Source of the DNA: a virus
Taxonomy: Duplodnaviria > Caudoviricetes
DNA: 40,516 nucleotides
IMG/VR virus record: IMGVR_UViG_3300044260_000022
Location: 1 to 40,516 of that record
Reading direction: 5' to 3' (one strand)
The notes under the pieces: model-generated
What the model was told of the DNA's origin: nothing
Seen by the model: the letters and a program-made list of their open reading frames with translations, nothing else
Database searches by the model: none
Made by a program: the position numbers and the translations under genes
In this document: in pieces, positions 33,449-40,516 of the stretch
How the letters are laid out: every line of letters begins with the position of its first letter
Position numbering within the stretch: the stretch's first letter is position 1

Positions 33449-35394
33449 GCGGCGGCCTCCGAGCTCGAGGCCTCGAGGCGCTTTTTCGCGTGCGCGAGGA
33501 CCCCGGCCTTTTCCTTCTCGAGCGTCTCGGCGATGAGCTTCGCGAGGGAGACCTCGTAGGATTTCCGCCGGTGCTCGAGGTGCTCTTTCGCTTTCACGAA
33601 GACAGCGCGAACGCCGGCGTCGGTGTCGGCCGCGGCCAGCCCCCGGACGACCGCGTTCGCGATGTCTTTCGGGAGGGTGAGGATTTCGAACGGCGCGGTG
33701 TGCTTGCCCTTCTCGACGCGCCGGCGCGCGAACTTTTCCCACGCCGCCAGCTCGGCCTTCTGCGCGGCGGGCTCGGGCTTTTTCTTCGGGGCCCCGGCGG
33801 GCGGCGGGGCCGCCTCGAGCTCGTGGGCGGCGTCGTGCTCCGCCGGCGAACCCGGCTGCACGGGCCGCTCCTCGCCGGGCTTGGCGCCGGGCGTCGGTTG
33901 CACGACGCCCGTCGCCGGCGGCGTGCCGGCGTGTACGACCGCGTCGGGCGCGGGCGTGCCCTCGGGGAGAGGATCGAGCCCGCGTTCGGCGCGGACCTCG
34001 TCGATGGACATGATGCCGGAGGAAACGTAGAGGGCCTGCGCTTGCGCCATCTCCCATTCGCTCCCGCTGATCGTGTCCACCCAGACGAACTCCAGCTCCG
34101 GGCATCCGAGGTCGTTCTGGATGAGGTCGTCGAGCCAGTCTTTGTGGAACGTCTTGAGCGGCTTGAACCCGACGTCCTGCGCCTCGTCGCGTTGCGTCTC
34201 GGCCGTCGCCTTGTTCACTTGCGCCACGAAAATGGAACGAGGGACCCCCATGAACGCACAGATCATGGAGATCAGCGCCTCCTCCTCGTCTTTCGTGTAT
34301 TGAAACGGCTTCATCTGTTGGAGGTTCGCGCCGGGCGGGAGGAGCCGAACGCGGGCGCGGTCGGCGTCGCGGTAGAGCTCGTCGAAGTAGGCCTGCGCGC
34401 GTTGCAGGATCTCCACCGTCGGCGCCGGGTATTCCATCGTCGCCTCAGGAACGGTTCCGTCCGTGTACCACGCGAGCTGTTTCGCCCAACGCCGGATCGC
34501 GAGGTCGACGACCGGGCGGATCTCCTCGGCGACGGGCGAGCCGTAAACCGAGTCGACGACCGGCGTCGAGACGAGGTAGAGGATGCGGCCCTCGAGCTCG
34601 TCAACGTCGCGCACGACCTCGGGCTCCATCACGGGCGAGGTCCGGTATTGCGTCGTCGGGTAGCCGTAGAGAATCTGCTGGAACCCCACGACGTGCCCGT
34701 ACACGTCGATCACCGGCTTGATCGTCGCGCCGTCGATTTGCACGAGCGAATGGAGCTCGGAGCCGTCGAGCGTCGGGTGTTTGAAAAAGGTGAGGGCGTC
34801 GGTCGTGTAGACCTCCTCCGTCGCCTGCTGCATGAACTCGCCGAACCGAAGGCCGTCGATCCGGTTCGGCTTGGCGATGAACGCCTTGACCCGGTCGATG
34901 TCCTTCTGAAATTCCTTCTTGGCGCTCGGCGTTTTCGCGTCGAGCGGCGCCACGTCCCACGACATTCCGCGGACCTGTTTCTTGCGGTGCGAGATCGCGA
35001 TGCGGAGGTACGGGCACGCCGCGGCCAGCGCGCGGAGCTCGGGAAATCTCGTCGCGTCGCCTTCGCCTCGAGGCGTCGGCATGAGGTTGAACCCGGGCGA
35101 GAACTGGAATTCACGCGGCGGGAATGTCGGGTCGGGAAACCGCGGAGAGAGCGGGGCCCCGGGCGCCCCGTCAATCGGCGAATGGAAGGCCTCGAACCCG
35201 AGCGGCTTTCCGTCGGGCCCGAAAAGCTGCGCCGGCCCCGAGCCGCTCGAGTTGTAGTTGAACGAGGACATCGCCGCCACGTATTCGGCCGGCACGAAGA
35301 CGCCCGTCGTCGGGCCCCCGAGCGGGCGCGTCACGCCGGCGACGCCGGCACGATACGAACCGTCGGCCCGGGCCTGATCGAATCGTCCCGCCAT
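33445..35394 (-). CDS. portal protein
   Basis: IDGATIKP..D..G, YGSPVAE, W.TDGTVP and GIMSIDEVRAERGLDPLP motifs; follows terminase. Start reassigned. Confidence 0.9.
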   Translation of the reverse strand: MAGRFDQARADGSYRAGVAGVTRPLGGPTTGVFVPAEYVAAMSSFNYNSSGSGPAQLFGPDGKPLGFEAFHSPIDGAPGAPLSPRFPDPTFPPREFQFSPGFNLMPTPRGEGDATRFPELRALAAACPYLRIAISHRKKQVRGMSWDVAPLDAKTPSAKKEFQKDIDRVKAFIAKPNRIDGLRFGEFMQQATEEVYTTDALTFFKHPTLDGSELHSLVQIDGATIKPVIDVYGHVVGFQQILYGYPTTQYRTSPVMEPEVVRDVDELEGRILYLVSTPVVDSVYGSPVAEEIRPVVDLAIRRWAKQLAWYTDGTVPEATMEYPAPTVEILQRAQAYFDELYRDADRARVRLLPPGANLQQMKPFQYTKDEEEALISMICAFMGVPRSIFVAQVNKATAETQRDEAQDVGFKPLKTFHKDWLDDLIQNDLGCPELEFVWVDTISGSEWEMAQAQALYVSSGIMSIDEVRAERGLDPLPEGTPAPDAVVHAGTPPATGVVQPTPGAKPGEERPVQPGSPAEHDAAHELEAAPPPAGAPKKKPEPAAQKAELAAWEKFARRRVEKGKHTAPFEILTLPKDIANAVVRGLAAADTDAGVRAVFVKAKEHLEHRRKSYEVSLAKLIAETLEKEKAGVLAHAKKRLEASSSEAAA

Positions 35395-35395
35395 G

Positions 35396-35636
35396 CTAGT
35401 TGCCCCCCGCCCCGAGGCCGTCGACGGCGCGGTCGACCTCGGCCTCGAGGATGATCTTTTCGTCGAGCTCGGGCACGAGCGGATCGGCCGCCGGCCTCGA
35501 GCTCGAGGGCGGCGCGTCGGCCCGCCGAGCTCGAGGGCGGCGCGTCGGCCCGCCGAGCTCGAGGAGCCGGGAGCCCGTCGACCGTCGGCACGAAGCCCCG
35601 AGGGAGCGCCTTCCTTCGGAACGCGACCGGCCTCAT
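35396..35636 (-). pseudogene. small ORF frameshifted by a 28-bp tandem duplication
   Basis: Removing one repeat unit gives a 70-aa ORF from the ATGA overlap with terL to a TAG next to the portal ATG. Confidence 0.55.
35498..35564. repeat. 28-bp tandem repeat, about 2.4 copies
   Basis: CGAGCTCGAGGGCGGCGCGTCGGCCCGC at 35498 and 35526; partial copy at 35554. Confidence 0.9.
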
Positions 35637-36919
35637 GCGACCGCCTCGGCGAGCGCCGCTTTCTTGAGGTGATACCGCTCGACGGCCTGCAACCAGCCGG
35701 CGGTTCCCGCGGCGTTGCCCTTGATGCCGTGCCACGCGAGCATTGTCGCGACGACCGTGTCGTCATAGCAGCCGGCCGGCGCGTTGTATCTGAAAGAACC
35801 CGACGGGAGACGCTCGGCCTCGTAGGCCTGCAGCTCGTTCACGAGAACAGGGTCGGGGAGGATCTTGATTTCGCGCCGCTCGAACGCGCCCGCGAGCGCG
35901 TCAATCGCGAGCGTCTTCGAAGGCCCCGTCGTCGTGAACGGTTGGATCGGGAGGCCCTCGCGCTGAAGGTGCTCGATGTTCGGGATGCCGATGCTGTTCG
36001 TTTCGGCCACGATGATCGAGGGCCGGAACCGCTCGGCGAGCGCCATGAGCCGGTCGCGCTGCACCACGTAGTCGATCTTGTTGAACCGGTCGAGCTCGAC
36101 CATCGCCTGCGCCTCAACGTCGAACACGGCGATCACGGTGAAGTCGTGCTGCTTGCCGAAGTCGACGCCGAAAACGTACTGGCGCCCCGCGAGGCCCCGC
36201 TCGAGGCGCGAGGAGCTCGCCGCGTCGAGCACGCCGCGGAACACGCCGCCGGCATCGTCGATCACCGCCGCCAGGTATTCCTGCTCGAACATCCGCTGCG
36301 GCAGGTCCTTCCGCGCCGCTTCGATCTCGGTCGCCAGGATGAACGGGTTCGTCGCTGTCGGCATCTGCCAGGATTTCCAGCCGGGCTCTGCGTTCTGACC
36401 CTTGACCCAGTTGCGCCAGCCCCAATTCTTCCCCTTCGGAACGCCCGTAAACAACGCCCAGCCCTGAACGTCGGCGAGCGTCGCGCGAATGTGCTCGGTC
36501 CAGACGTTCTCGCCCATCATCGTGAACTCGTCGAGGCACGCCCCGTGAACGCCTTCGCCCGACAGCGAGTCCGGAGCCTCGGCCGTCCGCAGCCAAATCT
36601 CGCTCCCGTTCGGGAGCTGGATCTCTTTGTCGGCCTCTCTGATCTCGGCGATACCGTCGAAGCGACGCTTCATCAATCGCCACGCTCGCTTCATCGACGC
36701 CGAGCGCCACGTCAGGCCGACCCACCAGTACATGCCGGGCTGCTCGCACGTTCCGCGGATGATCTCGTCGACGGCCAGCTCGGTCTTCCCCCAGCGCCTG
36801 CCGCAGAACGCAACGCGAAAGCGCGAGCGATCGTCAAAAATCTCCTGCTGCGCCGGATGGAGCCGCGGGATCACGATCTGCTTCGACGTCGTACGGACGT
36901 GACCGCGCGGGGCGGCCAT
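35633..36919 (-). CDS. terL: terminase large subunit
   Basis: Walker A CGRRWGKT, Walker B ACLDEF, nuclease motifs GVDFGKQHDFT and YDDTV. Confidence 0.95.
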   Translation of the reverse strand: MAAPRGHVRTTSKQIVIPRLHPAQQEIFDDRSRFRVAFCGRRWGKTELAVDEIIRGTCEQPGMYWWVGLTWRSASMKRAWRLMKRRFDGIAEIREADKEIQLPNGSEIWLRTAEAPDSLSGEGVHGACLDEFTMMGENVWTEHIRATLADVQGWALFTGVPKGKNWGWRNWVKGQNAEPGWKSWQMPTATNPFILATEIEAARKDLPQRMFEQEYLAAVIDDAGGVFRGVLDAASSSRLERGLAGRQYVFGVDFGKQHDFTVIAVFDVEAQAMVELDRFNKIDYVVQRDRLMALAERFRPSIIVAETNSIGIPNIEHLQREGLPIQPFTTTGPSKTLAIDALAGAFERREIKILPDPVLVNELQAYEAERLPSGSFRYNAPAGCYDDTVVATMLAWHGIKGNAAGTAGWLQAVERYHLKKAALAEAVA

Positions 36920-36922
36920 GCG

Positions 36923-37375
36923 CTAGACGGCCTCTTGCTGCTGAGACTCGCGCGACGTCGCGTCACCGAAGACGAACGTGACGCCACCAGCCCCGACGTC
37001 GAGACTGCGCTTGATCGGCTCGATCATGTCGACGACGAGACGCATCGCCTGTACGCGCGACATCCCACCGCTCGCTTCGCTCAAGAGCATCGCCGCGAAG
37101 ACGTCGTAGCCCGTCGCCGTCGCGCGCAGACCAGCACCGCCACGATACCGCAAGAGATGCTCGATCAGACTCGAAGCGTCGAGCGAGAGCCCGATCGTGA
37201 CGCGATCCTCCGCGACCTTCTCGCGCGAACGCGAACGCTCGGCCCGCATCACCGGCATCGAGAGCATCTCGCTCAAGCTCGCACGAATCGATGCTTTCGA
37301 CTCGCTCTCGACGACTCGCGCAACAGCTCCGTCAGGAACCGCAACGAGACGCGCTCGCTCGACCGTTCTGTCCAT
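36923..37375 (-). CDS. putative terminase small subunit
   Basis: Immediately upstream of terL; helical, with a C-terminal VTFVF strand. Start uncertain. Confidence 0.5.
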   Translation of the reverse strand: MDRTVERARLVAVPDGAVARVVESESKASIRASLSEMLSMPVMRAERSRSREKVAEDRVTIGLSLDASSLIEHLLRYRGGAGLRATATGYDVFAAMLLSEASGGMSRVQAMRLVVDMIEPIKRSLDVGAGGVTFVFGDATSRESQQQEAV

Positions 37376-37597
37376 CACCGGGGAAGGTAACGCCGTTTCG
37401 CACCGACGTCGCGCGAAAACTGGTACGGGACGAGAGATTACGCGCCGCGTAGCCCAGGACACGGCCCGGTGTCGGAAGCCGTGTCGGAGCCGCGCACCGG
37501 CCGCCCGATCTTTTCCTTATTCGAGACGTCGTCGCGCCAGGCTGGCTTGTCGCTTCGAGCTACAGCATGCGCGCCAGACGACGCGCACCCCGTGGCG

Positions 37598-37610
37598 TAA
37601 GTCGCTGATT
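37598..37610 (+). promoter_or_regulatory. IHF-like site
   Basis: TAAGTCGCTGATT versus consensus YAANNNNTTGATW (one mismatch), 40 bp from the dif-like site. Confidence 0.35.
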
Positions 37611-37650
37611 ACGGCGTTCGGCTAAGCCCCGTGGATGGAGTACCATGTAG

Positions 37651-37678
37651 GTTTAACATAATGGATATTATCGGACGT
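37651..37678 (-). other. XerCD dif-like recombination site
   Basis: ACGTCCGATAA-TATCCA-TTATGTTAAAC; XerD arm matches E. coli dif (TTATGTTAAAT) at 10/11; 11-6-11 layout. Confidence 0.85.
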
Positions 37679-37929
37679 ACTCTGGCGACCCTATGCCTAT
37701 TGCGTTTGCTGGCGCGTAAGTCCGAGCGTTACGCATTACGCGCGTCCGGGCGCTGAGACTCGTCTCACCGGGGGGTGACGTGTAGTGTCGGGGTTGTCGC
37801 GAGGTCGACACCGATCGACCATCCCCGGCACGCTCGTCACGGGGTTCCCCTCGTCGCTCGCTTGTGTGACGGCGCGGCGTGGCTCGAACCCCTCCTCCCA
37901 TGGGCGCCCCGTCTGAGCGTCGACGTCCC

Positions 37930-38140
37930 AGGATCGGGAACTCTCTAGGTCGAGACGTCTGTGAGCGCGTCGTAGCCAGCGGGTTCCAGGACCTCCCCCC
38001 TACGGGGGGGGATGGTTCCCGGGAACCCTCTAGCTCGTCTGGACAGTTCCCGCCGGGAACTCCCCGGAACCCTCTGGAACCCTGGTACTGTCTAACGCAG
38101 CTCGTAGGAGGGTCGATCAGCTCTAGGCGCTGGAACGTAC
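37930..38140. other. candidate replication origin
   Basis: Cluster of GGAAC/GTTCC repeats and a CCCCCC-TAC-GGGGGG palindrome downstream of the helicase operon. Confidence 0.4.
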
Positions 38141-38142
38141 CT

Positions 38143-38409
38143 CTAGGCATCGGTTTTGCCGTCCTCGTCGAGCCTGCCGAGGCGGCGACGTTCGCGAAGC
38201 GCGTCCTCGGTCCGGTGTTCGACGCCGCGGACGAAGAGGGCGACCTGGCGGCGGCCGTCGCTGGTTCGCGTCTCGACGAGGGCGGTTTCGACGTCGCGCT
38301 CGTCGAAGTGAGCCGTCCAGCGCGCGAACTCTTCTCCGCGCTCGTGCGACCAGCGCGTGAAGCGGAAGAAGCCCTTCGGGGCGAGGTCGTAGCGTTCGCG
38401 CGAGCTCAC
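38143..38409 (-). CDS. hypothetical protein
   Basis: AAGGAG RBS; GTGA overlap. Confidence 0.55.
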   Translation of the reverse strand: MSSRERYDLAPKGFFRFTRWSHERGEEFARWTAHFDERDVETALVETRTSDGRRQVALFVRGVEHRTEDALRERRRLGRLDEDGKTDA

Positions 38410-38816
38410 GGCTGCTCCTTCAACGCGGTGGCGGCGATGCGGGCGGAGTACGGCTCGTCTGCGCTTAGTTCGGTTCCTCCACCGCATCTGACGATCTCCC
38501 CTAGCGCTCGCTCAAGCTCTGCGAAGGCGAGACACCCGCAGACGCTCGTACCGTCCGGCGATCCCACGGCGCACGGCCCCTTACCGCTCCCACCGTGGGC
38601 TTCGCGCGAGTGATTGCAGAGGCCACACGGCTCGTCAAGCCATTCCACGAAAGCCTCCGAAATAGGCGCACACGAGGCGCAAACGGCGGCGAGTTCGTCA
38701 AGGAGAACACCGCAACTGTGACACTTGTATACCGGGAGCGGCTCGGGCTTCTGAGCGTCGCTCGCGGTTCGACATGGTTCGCACGTTCCGGCGCAGCTCT
38801 GGTGGTTACAGCTCAT
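38406..38816 (-). CDS. multi-Zn-finger hypothetical protein
   Basis: Many CxxC/CxH motifs; GGAGG RBS; ATGA overlap. Confidence 0.65.
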   Translation of the reverse strand: MSCNHQSCAGTCEPCRTASDAQKPEPLPVYKCHSCGVLLDELAAVCASCAPISEAFVEWLDEPCGLCNHSREAHGGSGKGPCAVGSPDGTSVCGCLAFAELERALGEIVRCGGGTELSADEPYSARIAATALKEQP

Positions 38817-40033
38817 CTTGATCCCTCCGGTTTTTGTCCGACGTACCAGACGAGCGAGTGGCCGCGCGAGCCCTCGAAGAAGATTCGGCCCTCTGCTTGG
38901 AGCTTCGCTCGCGCGTCGATTCGCGTTTGCTTTCGCATCTGGCCGCTCGCTTCGTCCCACGAGCGTGTCGGGAGTCCCGGGTTGCGGCGCAGGATGTTGA
39001 ACATGTGTTCGGCGGCCGCGTCGGTGTCGGCCTGACGCTTCTTCTCGGCGGCGCTGCGCTCTTCCTCTTCAACGGCCGTCTGGTCGAGTTCGCGCAGTGT
39101 CGCGGTCGGGAAGTCGTATGTGCCCGAGAGCGAGAACGTCTCGCCGAAGCCGTAGCGGTTTTTCGGCGAGCGAATCTCGACCTTGTTCTTAGGATCGCCG
39201 TCGACGTGAAGGATTAGCTCGCTTGCGTACTCGATCGCGCTCGACTCAGAGCCGGCGGCGAGGTCGTCGACGCGCTTCTCCTTGTCGCGCGAGGCGTAGG
39301 CGCCGCGGTTGACCTGCGAGACGAGCAGTACGATGGCCTTGTATTCGTCGGCGAGTTCGCGAATTCGCCAGACGACGTCGCTGACTTGGACGCGCTTTCC
39401 CTCGGTGCTGGCCTTTTCGCTCTTCACGACCTGAGCCGAGTCGATCAAGAGCACGCGCGGGAGTTCTTTCGGGGCGATCCTATCGAAGTCGCGTGCCATG
39501 AACTCGACGGTGCTCGTTCGCGTTCGCGGCTGGAGGAAGCGCCAGAAGACGGTCGATTCCTTCAGCGCGTTCTCGGCCTGGCGCGTGTCGAACTCACTCG
39601 GACGTCTCATGCGGCCGCGGTCGAGCCCGAGCTGCTGGCCGATTCTGATCCGCGCACCGGTTAGTCCCTCGTCGGCGAAGAGACACGCGACGGCGCAGCG
39701 AACGCCGAGCGAGCGAGCGATCTGAGTCGCAACGAGCGTCTTGCCGATCCCGGGCTTTCCCTGGATCGTGCAGATCGTCGCCTGTGCGAGCCCTCCGTCG
39801 GTGTACTTGTCGATCGAGGGGAAGCCCGTCGAGTACTGCTGCCCCAGGGCGAGAGCCGAGTCGAACAGATCGCGGTATTCGAGCCAGAGCGGTGGGGCGA
39901 TGACGACGTCGGGCGTTGCGCTTCCGAGCTGTTCGCGTTCGAGCTGTTCGAGTTCTTGGAGCTGTCGTGCGCGTTCGGCCTTCTTGCGTCGGATCTCCTG
40001 TAGCACTGGGTCGTCGACGTCGCTCGCAATCAT
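38813..40033 (-). CDS. DnaB-like (RecA-fold) helicase, C-terminal ATPase part
   Basis: TGFPSID..GGL, GKPGIGKT, LLIDSAQ, LVSQVNR, SAIEYASEL and KNRYG motifs. Confidence 0.9.
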   Translation of the reverse strand: MIASDVDDPVLQEIRRKKAERARQLQELEQLEREQLGSATPDVVIAPPLWLEYRDLFDSALALGQQYSTGFPSIDKYTDGGLAQATICTIQGKPGIGKTLVATQIARSLGVRCAVACLFADEGLTGARIRIGQQLGLDRGRMRRPSEFDTRQAENALKESTVFWRFLQPRTRTSTVEFMARDFDRIAPKELPRVLLIDSAQVVKSEKASTEGKRVQVSDVVWRIRELADEYKAIVLLVSQVNRGAYASRDKEKRVDDLAAGSESSAIEYASELILHVDGDPKNKVEIRSPKNRYGFGETFSLSGTYDFPTATLRELDQTAVEEEERSAAEKKRQADTDAAAEHMFNILRRNPGLPTRSWDEASGQMRKQTRIDARAKLQAEGRIFFEGSRGHSLVWYVGQKPEGSR

Positions 40034-40404
40034 GCGCGCCTCATGCGGCGGACGCGCGACGCCTCGTTGATCAGTCGAGCATATAGCGCGATCTCGCTGC
40101 AGTCCGTCGAATCGAGCAGCGTCGCGACGTAAGCGACGCCCCCGGCCTTCGTGAGCCGCTCGACGCGAGCCAGCTCGAAGACGACGCGCGTGAGCGTCGG
40201 CTCGCCGCCGCCGGCGACGATGTTGAGGATCGCCCGCCAGACCTCAGAGTGGGGGGCGATGATGAACGCCTCGGGCCTGACGTCTTCGAGCGCGAGCAGG
40301 CCCGACGTCATGCAGGCTCCGAGGTAGGCGCGCTCAAGCTTGATCGTTGCGCGGTTAAGGTCGCCGTCACCGTCGAGCGCGGCGGCGTATTCGTCGGCAA
40401 TCAT
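40030..40404 (-). CDS. DnaB N-terminal domain as a separate protein
   Basis: ERAYLGACM..PEAF...HSEVWRAI..GGVAYVATL..YARLI.EASR.R. Confidence 0.8.
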   Translation of the reverse strand: MIADEYAAALDGDGDLNRATIKLERAYLGACMTSGLLALEDVRPEAFIIAPHSEVWRAILNIVAGGGEPTLTRVVFELARVERLTKAGGVAYVATLLDSTDCSEIALYARLINEASRVRRMRRA

Positions 40405-40516
40405 CACTTCTTCACCTCGTCGGGCGAGCGACCGGGGCCGCGTCCCTTGTAGTTGTTTCGCGTCGCGCTGATCTCGTTCGTCGCCGCCTTGACGTCCGCG
40501 CACGTCGACCAGTGCG
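40390..40516. repeat. Terminal direct repeat, copy 2
   Basis: Identical to 1-127. Confidence 0.95.

Noticed and set aside
1873-36925. Genome-wide TAG recoding suggested by in-frame TAG junctions (1886, 2231, 9067, 20722, 36923)
   Set aside because: Other TAG stops are out of frame with the next gene, core genes are intact under code 11, and no suppressor tRNA was seen.
37668-38150. 160-aa ORF across the origin-like region
   Set aside because: Atypical codons and repeat-derived sequence running into the dif-like site; more likely non-coding.

Overview
The window appears to be a complete, circularly assembled genome (about 40.39 kb; bases 1-127 repeat exactly at 40390-40516) of a high-GC tailed dsDNA phage with siphovirus-type organisation. 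Nearly all genes are on the minus strand. The late/structural block (about 10.7-37.4 kb) encodes terminase, portal, MuF-like head protein, holin-like and lipoprotein genes, a 1574-aa fibre, protease-scaffold, capsid, connectors, tail tube, chaperone, tape measure, tail tip proteins and a GH108 endolysin. The early/replication block (about 37.9-40.4 kb plus 0-10 kb) encodes a split DnaB-like helicase, a TAGT/GREB1-like glycosyltransferase, a DUF1064 nuclease, a RecE-like exonuclease, a putative SSB, an RHH regulator and many small ORFs. I recognised no integrase, DNA polymerase, primase or methyltransferase. Main observations: (1) two circularly permuted twister-like ribozymes directly in front of RBSs in the early operon; (2) a 28-bp XerCD dif-like site in an integrase-less tailed phage; (3) virion proteins with export or membrane leaders (fibre, tail tube), plus a secreted PT-rich protein and an IPTL-CTERM-anchored protein; (4) an orphan DNA-glycosyltransferase-like fusion with no base-hydroxylating partner; (5) apparent absence of CCWGG from the structural block only. 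All product calls come from motifs recognised by eye and from synteny; no database searches were run.
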